Positions 20,136-37,450 are shown, numbered from the stretch's first letter. The stretch is 64,000 bases of DNA from Macrostomum lignano (GCA_002269645.1 NIVC01000633.1:248001-312000), one strand, 5' to 3'. Translations and numbers: made by a program. The notes: a model not told the origin generated them from the letters alone.

Positions 20136-20859
20136 AGTGGCGCCGTCGTCAGTCGGTACGCTGTCCACCGAACGACAAACGCTTGGGAACAGCTGCAGGC
20201 AAGCTTGACTGATGCGGTCCACTGTGTCATTAAGCGACGCAAGGATAACACTACACTCAAAGAGGCAAAATAATCTTCACATGTAGAGAGATTGTCCCGG
20301 TGGAATTTTCGGGAAAGTAATATTGTTGCATCATTTTGATTATAACTTGTCGTAGTAATAATTTTCTGTGGTCACAGATTAGAAAAATAACAGTAATAGC
20401 AATCTTTCTGTGTGATCAAGCGACCGTCAAAGACTATCGCAACGACTTTACCTTTAGAGTCTGTGCAAAGGTCAGAGTTAAAAAATGTTCCTTGCAAAAT
20501 ACAGCAGATAGCTTTTAAATGAGCAAATCGTTCTGCATCAAATCTCTCTTCAGTTATAATCGGTACAGTATATCAGTTTCATTTTCTTCACATTGGTCTT
20601 ATGGAATTCTGCGTAGGACCGCATCCTAAATACTTTTATTGGTACATGTCTAAATCGTTTGCACAGAAACAGGTTGCTGGATTTCATGAATTTTTGCACA
20701 TCTGTCAACCATAGGGAAATTCACACATATTACACACACTTACATGTACAAAGATATGTGACGAAGCATACAAATGAAAGGAGCCTGCTGCAAACTAACC
20801 TGAAGAAGGAAGCCTGCGTACCAGTCCCTGATTCTCATCTACTCCGCTAGCAGGACGCA

Positions 20860-21680
20860 TTAGTGGAAAGGCGGTGCTCCGGAACAGTCACCATAGTATT
20901 GAGCGGCTGGCAGAAGCCATCACACTGTTGGCACGGGTGCCAGGCCGGACCACAGGCAGGACTTGACGGAAATCGCCGGAACACACGACGACCATGCCAC
21001 CAAACGGTTCATTGCGTTTCCGAATGTCTCTTGTCTCTAAGACTTTGGTCTACGGTCTCCAAATCCTTGCGGTTTGTCATGGACTCTTCATCCCAAACTG
21101 ATTAACGCTCTCTCCCCGAGTGCGCCGTCTGGCCACCAGGCAGGAAGCAGAGTGGCGGCGATCCCGGACGATGCAACGGCCAGTGCGTTCATTCCACAAT
21201 TTCGGATAAACGCCTGCAGGACTTCCATCAAGAAGGTCTTGCCGGTCCCTGCAGACGCATCAACGAAGTAGAGGCCCCCAGCACCGGCACAAACATCGGC
21301 AGTCACTGCGTCGAATACAGCTCGCTGCTCGTCCGTCAGCCTGACGGGCCGGGTCAAACCAAGCAGGCCCAGACTGAGGCCCCACAGGTGCAGCCGGAAG
21401 ACCATATTCTGGAAGACTGCGGCCGCTCATCAACGCGAGTGTGGCCTGCAGGTCACGGCCAGCACGAAGTGAACAACTGCCTCTTTGCTGAGATCTGAGT
21501 GTAGAAAGTTGAAATCCTCACTCAGCTGATCAGCAAATCGGTTCCACAGATCTGCAGAATCGTCAGGTGCGCCCAATATCAGAATGACAGCAAATAGATG
21601 GCGGATGGCTCTTGGCATGCGCGACTGGACAGCCTTCGCCAGACAGCACCTCCAGTGATGATCGCTATCCAGCAGCCCGA
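20860..21680 (-). mobile_element. Degenerate Helitron RepHel/PIF1 helicase remnant
   Basis: EQRAVF...LYFVDASAGTGKTFL...ALAVASSGIAATLLP and LLDSDHHW..CL..A...MP..IR.LFAVIL....W, with stops and frameshifts. Confidence 0.85.
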
Positions 21681-22998
21681 AAGATTTTTTAAATCTCATA
21701 TATCTCACATATCTCATATTATACCGCTTATACAGAAAGTAACATATCAGAATGCACGTTGGCAAGCGTCCGAAAGAGGAGCTCACAGTTTTTTAGAAAG
21801 AAAACCACAGGTTATCGGAAGAGGAACTCACAGTTTGATGGAGAGGAGCTCACAGTTTGTTGGAGAGGAGCTTACAGTTTATCGGAGGAATTGCTAAGAG
21901 TTTAAGGTTTATGGGAGAATTGTTGAGATGTCAAGGCTCAAGCTGTGGGGGGGGGGGGGTTAGCTAAAACGAAAAATCGTCAGGTCAAATATAAAAGAAG
22001 CGTCATGTCGAACATAGAAGATTCATTTGCTGTGACTCTTGGGGAGAATTACAGAAATGTCAAGGCTTTAGGGTTAGGGTTAAGGTTAGGGTTTAGGGTT
22101 TGGGTTAGGGTTTAGGGGGAATTGCTGAGATGTCAATGCTCACGGGGGAATATCTAAAGTATAAAAAAGCGTCACATCTAATATGAAAGAAGCTTCATGT
22201 CAAATATAAAAGAAGTATCATGTAGGCGTAAGCATAAACAAAAGATTTGTCTTGGAATTGCTGCAATGTCAAGGCTTGGGGGGGGGGGAATCGCTATAAT
22301 GCCGTGACTCTTGGGGAGAATCGCTGAGATGCCAAGGCTGAGATCAGAATCTACTTGTAGTTTATTTAAAAAATGTATTCTATTCTTTGTTGGCTCCCCA
22401 ACGGGAGGCGCTGATTGCTAGTCCAGATACTAAGTTCAAAATATCCTTCTTCAAGGAGCACTAAATTAGTACATGGTTCGATGGCAAGGGCCGGAGGCAC
22501 GCGGGTTTTGGCCATAGACAACGGAGGCACCCCGCTGCGACCTCTGCCGCAGGTCGACAAGTTTTTCAGCTCGCCGCTCTCCAAACTAAAGTGATAATGG
22601 AGCTCATGCAGAACATCTGTTCTCATTCCATTGCATTTCTCAGTGCTGCATCACATCGCTGCTCTGGAGGGGGGGGGGGTAGCTCGCTGGAAAATTCGAC
22701 ATGTAAATATTGTGTTAATGCTTTCCTCCATGGGTCTAGTTAATAAATACATGGACTTTTAAAGTTGGCATCTGGAGTTTGAAGCTCCTAATCTTGAAAG
22801 CTCAGCTTCCACCCCAGATGATATTTTTGAAACTCCATGAATTGTCCAATGCTTAAACGGTCCCTTCACGATGCAGCTCTCTATGGCAGAGAGTCATTAT
22901 TCTTATTGTTTGTAGGAGCGTATCCCGATTTTCATTTCGAGTTTCTAGAGATCCTGCAGCTCTGCACTGAGATTCAGTTCAGTAGCTTCTGCCTGGCC

Positions 22999-24707
22999 AT
23001 GAGCACCGGCGGAGACCTGCCAAGCCCCAAGGGCAACCGACAACGGCGCGACAGTGACCGGCCTAAGCTGCCCCGCCTGCGGCGTCGGCACCGACAGCCG
23101 GAGCAGCAGCAGCAGAAGCAGCAGCAGAAGCAGCAGAAGCAGCAGCCAGAGCAGCGCCGCCCAAAACGATCTCAGCAGCAGCGCCGCCCGCGGTCGCTGT
23201 CGCATTTTCTGCCCGACCAGCGCGACCAGCGCGACGTTGAGCATCGGCGCTGGCGGGCGAGCCGCCTGCCGAACGGCGGCGATCCGCGGACCCGGCTGCT
23301 GCGCGCGGTGCACAAGCTGTACAAGGACTATCGGAGACAGTTCCCGACGGCCTCGGAGGCTGCCGGCCGGCGGGACTGCAACAGGTGAGCGCGGAGTCGA
23401 AGACCAACCAGAGTGAGATCTGGCAAATCGTTTGTTGCAGCGCACAGTCAGCAACGGAGAGCAAACTTTGTTAGCTCGTTAGACAGTGCGGATTCTGAGC
23501 ACTCCAGCCAGAATTGTGGCTCGTTGAGCGCTAGAGTTTCGCAACTGGGGTTTATGACACAGGGGTCGGCAAACTCCGCCCGCGGGCCACAAAGCCTTTC
23601 CTTCGGCCCTCGGGTCCTTTGAAACTCTACAATAGCAATCCGGCCCGCTCAACGTCTGCCTTCTGCGTTCCCTCTCCCCTCTTCGCTCTTTTCCTCGATC
23701 CTCTCCTCTCTCCTCTCCTCTTCTATCGACTCTCCTCTCTATTCTCCTCTCCTCTCCTCTCCTCTCCTCTCCTCTCCTCTCCTCTCCTCTCATCTCCTCT
23801 CATCTCCTCTCTCCTCTTCTCACTCTTCTTCTCTCCTCTCTCTCTTCTCTCCTCTCTCTCTTCTCTCCTCTCCTCGATCCTCTGCTCTCTCCTCTCATCC
23901 CTCTCGCCTACTTTCCTCTTCTTTCTTCTCTCCTCTTCTCTCATCGCGTCTCTGATCTCTGATCTCGCTTCTCACCTTTCATCTCTTCTCTCATCTCTCA
24001 TCTCCTATTTTCTCTTCTGTCTCCTCTATTCCCTTTTTCCTCTCTCATCAGTAGAGAGGAATGATCTAAAGTTCCTCTTCATCACAGTAATGATCTAAAG
24101 TTCTTTAGCTGCATGGCTGCTGTGGTAAAAAGTTGCCGACCCCTGGTTTACCATGAGTTTAGATGGGGTTTAAGCCAGGGTGGGGCTCAACTTTTCATTC
24201 ACTACATGCTACTGCTAAGTAGTGGCTGAAGCTAAGCTATATGAAGAAATCGAATTGCCGAACCCAGCAACCAGGACAGAGAAGATGCTGGCGACGACGA
24301 CGAGCGAGCCACCAGCGGCGGCGAAGAGCCCGTTAGTCACGAGTTCGATTCCCTGTCCTGCGGTGGCGCCAGCGGCGGCGAAGGCAGCGGAATTGGAGGC
24401 GCCAGCAGTGACGGTGGCGCCGGCGACTGGCGCGTCGTGCAGTGCCGGCGCCGTCGCACCGACCAGGTGAATCAGGTGCTGCTGCGTCGGACAGCCAGCG
24501 CCGAGGTCTGGATCGACGCGCCCATTGCGCTGGAGCTGCGGCTGCCTCGGGTTCGCGCCATGCTGTCTCGCATCATGACCGACTGTCCGTTCGTGACGGA
24601 TCCGACCGAGGCGCTCGCCGAACTGCGGGCGGCCAGGTACAATGCGGCTGAGTGCATCGAATACCTGCAGGAGGTGCGCCCGATTTGGGAGGCTGCCGTG
24701 GCCGGGT
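22999..24707 (+). CDS. Putative 5' exons (22999-23384, ~24260-24707), probably upstream parts of the kinesin gene
   Basis: GC-rich ORFs ending at GTGAG donors (23385, ~24707). The link to the kinesin is inferred and needs at least one frameshift. Confidence 0.35.
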
Positions 24708-24729
24708 GAGAGGCGACAACCGCTGCTTG

Positions 24730-25790
24730 GTGAAGGGGTCGAAGGGCGAGGATTCTACAGAATGTTTAGGCGAGGGTTCTACAAAATGTTTAGGCAAGGA
24801 TTCTACAGAATGCTTAGGCGAGGATTATACAGAATGCTTAAGCGAGGGTTCTACAAAATGTTTAGGCGAGGATTTTACAGAATGTTAGGCGAGGATTCTA
24901 CAGAATGCTTAGGCAAGGGTTCTACAGAATGTTTAGGCGAGGGTTCTACAAAATGTTTAGGCGAGGATTATACAGAATGCTTAAGCGAGGGTTCTACAAA
25001 ATATTTAGGCGAGGATTTTACAGAATGTTAGGCGAGGATTCTACAGAATGCTTAGGCAAGGGTTCTACAGAATGCTTAGGCGAGGGTTCTACAGAATGTT
25101 TAGGCAAGGGTTCTACAGAATGTTTAGGCGAGGGTTCTACAGAATGCTTAGGCGAGGGTTCTACAGAATGCTTAGGCAAGGGTTCTACAGAATGTTTAGG
25201 CGAGGGTTCTACAAAATGTTTAGGCAAGGGTTCTACAGAATGTTTAGGCGAGGGTTCTACAGAATGTTTAGGCAAGGATTCTACAGAATGTTTAGGCGAG
25301 GATTCTACAGAATGTTTAGGCGAGGGTTCTACAAAATGTTTAGGCGAGGATTCTACAAAATGTTTAGGCGAGGGTTCTACAGAATGTTAGGCGAGGATTC
25401 TACAGAATGTTTAGGCGAGGATTCTACAGAATGCTTAGGCAAGGGTTCTACAGAATGTTTAGGCGAGGATTCTACAGAATGCTTAGGCAAGGATTCTACA
25501 GAATGTTTAGGCGAGGATTCTACAGAATGTTTAGGCGAGGGTTCTACAAAATGTTTAGGCGAGGATTCTACAAAATGTTTAGGCGAGGGTTCTACAGAAT
25601 GTTAGGCGAGGATTCTACAGAATTTTTAGGCGAGGGTTCTACAGAATGCTTAGGCAAGGGTTCTACAGAATGTTTAGGCGAGGATTCTACAAAATGTTTA
25701 GGCGAGGGTTCTACAGAATGTTAGGCGAGGATTCTACAGAATGTTTAGGCGAGGATTCTACAGAATGTTAGGCGAGGGTTCTAAAAATGG
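24730..25790. repeat. 24-bp intronic minisatellite (TTCTACAGAATGTTTAGGCGAGGG)
   Basis: About 44 tandem copies. Confidence 0.95.
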
Positions 25791-25864
25791 GCGATAGTTT
25801 TAAAGAAATGTCTTATTGGGTAGGAATGTTAGATGTTTAGTTGTAGTGATTGGGGAATTCTTAG

Positions 25865-29054
<3,190 letters not shown>

Positions 29055-29659
29055 TGACGGGAGGCTGATGCAGCCGATTACAGTATCTAACAGTGCCTGA
29101 CAGTGTCTTACAGCATATCTAACAGCGTCTGAAAATGTCAAACAGCTTAACAAACTGTATCTGACAGTGTATTGAACAGAATTGGACAATGTCCGACAGC
29201 GTATCTAGCAGTTTCTAAGTTTGCGTGCCTAACAGTATGCTACTGTACTAATCTGTACCCACTGCACTTACTCTACTTTCAATAGGCGCGTACGATTTCT
29301 TTGGGTATTTTTTACTTCGCGCGTAACGTAAAAGTACAAAAAGTAATTTGCTTAAATACGTGTAAAGTTACCTGCCTAATCCAAGATTCCTTTTTTCCAC
29401 TAATTCTTATTTCTATCATTTTATACTAAAGAGGATGCGATTATCAGCAAATATTTTCTTTGTTTCTTCTTTATTGGTGCAAAAATTGAGTTTACAATGT
29501 GTGATAAAATTTTGCAGCAGCATTCAGAATAGCAGCAAAATGGGCGCTCATTCGCAGTTATCGCATAGTTATCTCAATTTAGATTTCTGGTCTGAAATTT
29601 AGTATCTGACTGGGCATTCGGATTAAAATTAAGAGACAATCCAGAAAAAGACTGAGTGG

Positions 29660-30055
29660 GAGCGAGGTGGGTGTTAGGAGAGTGAGGTGGGTGTCGGGGT
29701 GTGAGGTGGGTGTCGGGGGTGTGAGGTGGGTTTCGGGGGAGTGAGGTGGGTGTCGGGGAGTGAGGTGGGTGTCGGGGAGTGAGGTGGGTGTCGGGGAGTG
29801 AGGTGGGTGTCTGGGAATGAGGTGGGTGTCTGGGAGTGAGGTGGGTGTCGGGGAGTGAGGTGGGTGTCGGGGAGTGAGGTGGGTGTCAGCATGTGAGGTG
29901 GGTGTCGGGGAGTGAGGTGGGTGTCAGGATGTGAGGTGGGTGTCGGTGAGTGAGGTGGGTGTCGGGGAGTGAGGTGGGTGTCGGGGAGTGAGGTGGGTGT
30001 CGGGGAGTGAGGTGGGTGTCGGGGAGTGAGGTGGGTGTCGGTGAGTGAGTTGAGT
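29660..30055. repeat. 20-bp repeat GAGTGAGGTGGGTGTCGGGG (a related degenerate tract lies at ~31490-31715)
   Basis: Directly visible. Confidence 0.9.
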
Positions 30056-30183
30056 GTCAAGTAGAGAGATGATGAGTGTCGAGTCTGAGATCAAGTGTAA
30101 AAACGAATCATAGCGGACATGCATGAATCATCGAGTCCCGGGCTACTGGGTTTCTAGCAGATGAACCAGAAAGTCGCGAGAAG

Positions 30184-33100
30184 TTACAGAAGGTCGCGAC
30201 TGTGGACCCCGGCGGCGGACCGCTGGCCCCTGGCAGCCCGCTGGTAGGCCAGTATCCACTTGGCCGGCGGTTGCGGCCGACGATCGTCCGAGCAGAGGCC
30301 AGCGGTGCTGCACACGAGTCCGGGTCGGGCGTCGTTGCTCAGCAGGCGCGCCATCAGCGGCGCCGACCGCTGAACCAGGCTGTCGCATTTGGGCCGAGCC
30401 GGCTGGGAAAGCGCTGAGCACACCTGAGACCAGGTATTTAATTGATGGACTGAGGCTAATAATTCCGTAAACTAACGATTGATGAGACGCCACCCCGGAC
30501 ACCCCAGCTGATTGATAAGACGCCACCCCGGACACCCCAGCTGATTGATGAGACGCCACCCCGGACACCCCAGCTGATTGATGAGACGCCACCCCGGACA
30601 CCCCAGCTGATTGATGAGACGCCACCCCGGACACCCCAGCTGATTGATGATCGACACCACCCCGGACACCCCAGCTGATTGATAAGACGCCACCCCGGAC
30701 ACCCCAGCTGATTGATAAGACGCCACCCCGGACACCCCAGCTGATTGATGAGACGCCACCCCGGACACCCCAGCTGATTGATGAGACGCCACCCCCGACA
30801 CACTAGCTGTCTTAGTTGAGTCCATTGCATATGGCAAAATGATTTACTTAAATTTATTTTTCCTACTAACAGTAGAAATGTTAGTAAAATTCCTATTTTT
30901 AGAAATCTTGACGGCAGGAAAAAATGAATAGCGACCCACCTCATTGAGAGCCGCAACGATGGCCGCCTTCGAGCGGCTGGTGCCTAGCCGTCGCTCCACC
31001 CCGCGGATGACGTAGCCGCACAGATGGCACTGCGACCCAGCCCTGGCGGCCTCGGGCCGTCTGGTGGTTGTCGGCGGCGACAGCAAAGGCGGCTGCTGCT
31101 GCGGAGGCTGCTGGCAGGCGCCCAGGGTCTGGCAGACGATGATCGGGTCCAGCTCGGTAGAAAGCAGCTCAAAAATAATCGACAGGTACTTGTCGATAGC
31201 GTTGGAGCACTGGAAGATTTGGAGCAGGTGAGGTGATCCTATGAGTTGGTGCAATCTTTTATCAGAATCCACGCTGCCTGCATCACCTTTTCGCGTTCCC
31301 TCTGCGCTAACAGTTGGCACGCGGTCGCCCTCAACAGCTTCGACACCTCCGCCTGCGGGCGGCCGTCGCGGACCAGCTGTCTGGCGGCTGCCACCAGCTT
31401 GTGGCACCGCTGGCAGCCCACTTGGGACAGCGGCTTCTGCGGCGTGATGGCAGACTTTGATGAGGCCTGCAGGGGAGTAAAGTGGGAGTTTGGGGGAGTG
31501 AGGTGGGTGTTAGGGGAATGAGGTGGGTGTTGGGGGAGTGAGCTGGGTGCCGGGAGTGAGGTGGGTGTTGGGGGAGTGAGGTGGGTGTCGAGGATGAGGT
31601 GGGTGTCAGTGGAGTGGGGTAGGTGTAAGTGGATCGGGGTGGGTGTCGGCGGGAGGTGGGTGATGGGGTTGAGGTGGGTGATGGGAGGGAGGTGGGTGAT
31701 GAGAGTGAGGTGGGTGCTTAAAAATAGGAGTGAATTGCTTAGTTAGTTTTGGCTAAAAGCGCAACAGCTGACCTGCAGTTGCATCAGCTGCAGCACCGGA
31801 TGCGCCGTCAGCTTGGCGGGGGTGGCTGACGGCCGAGTGGCAGCACCGACAGCCGTCTGGTTGCACAGGGCGAGCAGGGCGCATAGCTGGCTCGGCTCCT
31901 GGGTTGGGAGGGGGGTCGGAATCAGCATTGAATTAGCATGGACTCCGTATAGATAAGACTGGTGAAATATCTTGATGCTCTCCCATGGCACAGAGCATAC
32001 CTTGCTTCTGACCCCCCTTATCATTGTTTTGAGGTAGATTTTATTGCACCTGGCACAGAGCTGATATCATAAACAGTGTAGCATAGGCAACTGTGTTGTC
32101 AAATAGCAAAGTTATTATTTTAATGTTTTTGCTGTTACGAGCCGAGCCGAGGGAAACGTCTCGTAGTTTACCAAACAGCTCACAGAATACACAAAATGTT
32201 TCTTTAAAAGTAGTGATGCAGTGCGTTTCTCTTACATGATTTCTGACTTTTTCCTTTTATCCTCCTGTCCTAACTTTTCTCTATTTCACCGTCCTCCCCA
32301 TCTCTCCCCTTCTCTCTTCTTCTCTCCTCTTCTCTCCTCTTCTCTCCCCTTCTCTTCCCTTCTCTCTCCCCTTCTCTCCCCTTCTCTCTCCCCTTCTCTC
32401 CCCTTCTCTCTCCCCTTTTCTCCCCTTCTCTCTCCCCTTCTCTCCCCTTCTCTCCCCTTTTCTCCCCTTCTCTCTCCCCCTCTCTCCCCTTCTCTCTTCC
32501 CCTTCTCTCCCCTTCTCTCTCTCCCTCTCTCCCCTTCTCTCTTCCCATACTCTCCCCTTCTCTCCCCTTCTCTTCCCTTCTCTCTCCCCTTCTCTCCCCC
32601 TCTCTCCCCTTCTCTCTTCCCCTACTCTCCCCTTCTCTCCCCTTCTCTTCCCTTCTCTCTCCCCTTCTCTCCCCTTCTCTCTCCCCTTCTCTCCCCTTCT
32701 CTCTCCCCCTCTCTCCCCTACTCTCCCCTTCTCTCCCCCTCTCTCCCCTTCTCTCTTCCCCTTCTCTCCCCTTCTCTCCCCCTCTCTCCCCTTCTCTCTC
32801 CCCTCTCTCCCCTACTCCCCCCTTCTCTCCCCTTCTCTCCCCTTCTCTCTCCCCTTCTCTCCCCTTCTCTCTTCCCCTACTCTCCCCTTCTCTTCCCTTC
32901 TCTCTCCCCTTCTCTCCCCTTCTCTCCCCTTCTCTCCCCTTCTCTCTCCCCTTCTCTCTCCCCTTCTCTCCCCTTCTCTCTCCCCTTTTCTCCCCTTCTC
33001 TCTCCCCTTCTCTCCCCTTCTCTCTCCTTCTCTCTCCCCTTCTCTTCCCTTCTCTCTCCCCTTCTCTCTTCCCCTTCTCTCCCCTTCTCTCCCCTTCTCT

Positions 33101-35240
33101 CTCCCCTTCTCTTCCCTTCTCTCTCCCCTTCTCTCCCCTTCTCTCTCCCCTTCTCTCCCCTTCTCTCTCCCCTTCTCTCCCCTTCTCTCTCCCCTTTTCT
33201 CCCCTTCTCTCCCCTTCTCTCTCCCCTTCTCTCCCCTTCTCTCTCCCCTTTTCTCCCCTTCTCTCCCCTTCTCTCTCCCCTTCTCTCCCCTTCTCTCTCC
33301 CCTTTTCTCCCCTTCTCTCCCCTTCTCTCTCCCCTTCTCTCCCCTTCTCTCTCCCCCTCTCTCCCCTTCTCTCCCCTTCTCTCTCCTTCACCCTTAAGTC
33401 ACAAGTCCCGGCCGCTTCTCAACTCACAGCGCCTGACCTCAAGGCCAGCACGGCCTCAGCCATGTAGGTGTCAATCAACGACTCGACAGCCTCCAGAGTC
33501 TCCTCAGCCAGCTGGTCTCTGGGCAGGTGAGACTTGAGCAGCTGTGCAATCTCAGACTCAGGCTGGCCAGCCAGCACGGCCCGCTTTGCGTCGCCCAGCG
33601 CGGCCCGGCAGAGGCTGCAAGCCGACGAAGCCGCATCAGGTGGGGCTCTGGGCCTGAACGATTTAATAGTGAAAGTAGTTAGTCTACTCTGCCCCTAGCT
33701 ACTCTACTCCTCTCTACTCTGCTCCTAGCTACTCTACTCCTAGCTACTCTGCTCCTATAGCTACTCTACTCCTATCTTCTCTACTTCTAGCTAGTCTACT
33801 TCTAGCTACTCCTAGCTACTCTACTTCTAGCTAGTCTACTCCTAGCTACTCTACTCCTAGCCAATCTGCTCCTATAGCTACTCTACTCCTAGCTTCTCTA
33901 CTCCTAGCTACTCTACTCCTAGCTACTCTACTCCTAGCTACTCTACTCCTAGCTACTCTACTCCTAGCTACTCTACTCCTAGCTACTCTGCTCCTATAGC
34001 TACTCTACTCCTATCTTCTCTACTTCTAGCTAGTCTACTTCTAGCTACTCCTAGCTACTCTACTTCTAGCTAGTCTACTCCTAGCTACTCTACTCCTAGC
34101 CAATCTGCTCCTATAGCTACTCTACTCCTAGCTTCTCTACTCCTAGCTACTCTACTCCTAGCTACTCTACTCCTAACTACTCTACTCCTAGCTACTCTAC
34201 TCCTAGCTACTCTACTCCTAGCTACTCTGCTCCTATAGCTACTCTACTCCTATCTTCTCTACTTCTAGCTAGTCTACTTCTAGCTACTCCTAGCTACTCT
34301 ACTTCTAGCTAGTCTACTCCTAGCTACTCTACTCCTAGCCAATCTGCTCCTATAGCTACTCTACTCCTAGCTTCTCTACTCCTAGCTACTCTACTCCTAG
34401 CTACTCTGCTCCTAGCTACTCTACTCCTAGCTACTCTGCTCCTATAGCTACTCTACTCCTATCTTCTCTACTTCTAGCTAGTCTACTTCTAGCTACTCCT
34501 AGCTACTCTACTTCTAGCTACTCTACTCCTAGCTACTCTGCTCCTATAGCTACTCTACTCCTATCTTCTCTACTTCTAGCTAGTCTACTTCTAGCTACTC
34601 CTAGCTACTCTACTTCTAGCTAGTCTACTCCTAGCTACTCTACTCCTAGCCAATCTGCTCCTATAGCTACTCTACTCCTAGCTTCTCTACTCCTAGCTAC
34701 TCTACTCCTAGCTACTCTGCTCCTAGCTACTCTACTCCTAGCTACTCTGCTCCTATAGCTACTCTACTCCTATCTTCTCTACTTCTAGCTAGTCTACTTC
34801 TAGCTACTCCTAGCTACTCTACTTCTAGCTACTCTACTCCTAGCTACTCTGCTCCTATAGCTACTCTACTCCTATCTTCTCTACTTCTAGCTAGTCTACT
34901 TCTAGCTACTCCTAGCTACTCTACTTCTAGCTAGTCTACTCCTAGCTACTCTACTCCTAGCTACTCTACTCCTAGCTTCTCTACTCCTAGCTACTCTACT
35001 CCTAGCTACTCTGCCCCAAACTATTCCGGTATTTCCTGGCGGTGCAGCCACTGTAGCGAACGCCTCACCTGCTCAATTGGCCCCCCGCTGTTCGCCATCG
35101 CAACTGCCGGCAGAACTCGACGGCACCGCAGCGTCTGGCGGCCGCATTGCTGGAGCACCAGAAGCCCGGGCCGCTGGAGCAGCTGGGGGTGCTCCCGCTG
35201 GCTGTCAGGACTGGGAGTGACGGATTTTGCATTGAGTCAG
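30184..35240 (-). CDS. PSAP: Prosaposin-like multi-saposin gene (SapA exon ~35240-35070; SapB exons ~33655-33435, ~31920-31770, ~31455-30940, ~30420-30184)
   Basis: SapA: CSSGPGFWCSSNAAARRCGAVEFCRQLRW. SapB: CSLCR, CQRCHKLV, CHLCGYVI..VE..L, and C..LVQRSAPLMARLL...LVCSTAGLC. Some exons need frameshift correction. Confidence 0.8.
30477..30805. repeat. 33-bp intronic minisatellite
   Basis: About 10 copies of GACGCCACCCCGGACACCCCAGCTGATTGATGA. Confidence 0.95.
32285..33392. repeat. Polypyrimidine (CT-rich) low-complexity tract (another lies at ~23670-24045)
   Basis: Directly visible. Confidence 0.95.
33680..35010. repeat. TAGCTACTCTACTCC-based satellite with higher-order repetition
   Basis: Directly visible. 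Confidence 0.95.
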
Positions 35241-35334
35241 CTCCACTCAGCTCGATTCGATATTCGATTGGGAGTCATCGATCACTTGTGGTTGGGGCCT
35301 ATGTTATAACTTCGCGTTTTCTGGCCTTTTTGAC

Positions 35335-36040
35335 GCCATGGACACTCCATTTGAAAGCCATGGACACTCCATTTGAAAGCCATGGACACTCCATTTGAAA
35401 GCCATGGACACTCCATTTGAAAGCCATGGACACTCAATTTTAAAGCCATAGACGCTCAACTTGAAAGCCATGGACACTCAACTTGAAAGCCATGGACACT
35501 GAATTTAAAAGCCATGGACACTGAATTTAAAAGCCATGGACACTCAACTTGAAAGCCATGGACACTCAACTTGAAAGCCATGGACACCTGCAATTTCAAA
35601 GCCATAGACACTCGATTTGAAAGCCATAGACACTCAACTTGAAAGCCATGGACACTCAATTTTAAAGCCATAGACGCTCAACTTGAAAGCCATGGACACT
35701 CAACTTGAAAGCCATGGACACTCAATTCGAAAGCCATGGACACTCAACTTGAAAGCCATGGACACTCAACTTGAAAGCCATGGACACTGAATTTAAAAGC
35801 CATGGACACTCAATTTAAAAGCCATGGACACTCAACTTGAAAGCCATGGACACTCAACTTGAAAGCCATGGACACTCAATTCGAAAGTCATGGACACTCA
35901 ACTTGAAAGCCATGGACACCTGCAATTTCAAAGCCATAGACACTCGATTTGAAAGCCATGGACACTCAATCCGAAAGCCATGGACACTCAACTTGAAAGC
36001 CATGGACACTCAATTTGAAAGCCATGGACTCTCAATTTAA
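35335..36040. repeat. 22-bp minisatellite GAAAGCCATGGACACTCAACTT immediately upstream of the prosaposin-like gene
   Basis: About 30 copies. Confidence 0.95.
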
Positions 36041-37399
36041 AGCACTGTAGACAAACAAAATCTCACCGAAAGCTGACAAGAACAGTAACGGACCCAAAGC
36101 AGTGAAAACTCGCATTGCAAACGCTCTATCAGTGGACAGTTTAATTCGAACACGAGACGAAAATTTCCGAATAACAAAACGAACTCACTCAGCCGCTATT
36201 GCTTTTGTGGGTCCTAATTTGTTTTATTGAGTTGCCAAAGACTTACTAAAATACAAGCTGATTTGTAAGCATTTAAATGTAAGTTTATTTTAATTTTTCA
36301 GCCATTTGGCGTGCTATTTAAAAGGCCAAAGCGCTTTAAACAAAAAATTTGTTTTACTCTTTAATTAATTTTAAAACGTTGACAACGAGTCTCAAGTTTT
36401 TCAGCTCTGATCCACGGTGTGAAAGGACATCTTGTACGAGTAGTGTCCTTGCTTGCTTTTTGTTCGATTTTCCGGAAATTCTAGACCGGAAAACAAGCAA
36501 AGTTCAGGCACAAGTTCGGTTCTTCCTGTCTCAAGGAATAGTCAAGTAGAAGGACGGAAACAATGCATTTCTCGGGAAATTTAGGGGGCAAGTTTTTCCA
36601 AAAAATGCATTACAGAGTTGTTATTGCTTTTGATAGGAGGCAGACTTAATGTTCATCTTTTGATATGGTTTGCCTTTCCTATGGCTCTATTGATATTCAT
36701 AAAGCTTTTCGTTCAGATAAAAATCAGGGTTCCATGTTAATCTTATATCCTTCGTACAGTCTCACGTGTCCTGTGCTAGGCTCATTGGTTTTATGAATCT
36801 ATTTAATCATTCCCAGCTGACTGTGTAACAACATGTGTAACAGAGGCGATTAAAAATAGATTCATTAAACCAATAATGAGTCGAGACACCTCTAAAGCTC
36901 TATGAATATCAATAATGATTGAACTCTATGCTCACTACAGACTGCTAATGCCAAAACGCCTGCCAAAAATTCATCAATTCTTATCCAATTAGAACAAAGT
37001 AATAACACTTTCTCAGACCCAAATATAGTAACTCACTGTTACCATGGTTGCAATAGCAAGTTCACTTTTACATGGTATATTTGAAGGCTAGAGAAATCTG
37101 TGTAACAATTAGGTTAGCAGGTGAATGCAGCCAAATCAATTGTGCCTACGGTTCTTTGATGAGAAAAACACAGCGAATGCCGCGGATCCGGCCCACAGGG
37201 CGATCGGGTTAAACACAACAGGGTATTCGCAGAGCCCGCACACTAACAGCTTCGTCGGTGCACGGAGAATCGAATTCCCGACATGGGGAGGTCAGCAAAA
37301 CTGTGAAAACTGAGAAGCTCAGCCAATGGGCAAAATGGAATGCTGGGAGAGTCTTGCATAAGTTAAACGAAGACTTGGTGCTGGCGGTTTCAGTGGGAC

Positions 37400-37413
37400 G
37401 GAGACAGACAGGC

Positions 37414-37450
<37 letters not shown>

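Noticed and set aside
36685-36925. Degenerate inverted repeat (ATTGATATTCATA..., GGTTTTATGAATCTATTT)
   Set aside because: Probably an old MITE, but the arms are interrupted and no TSD is identifiable.
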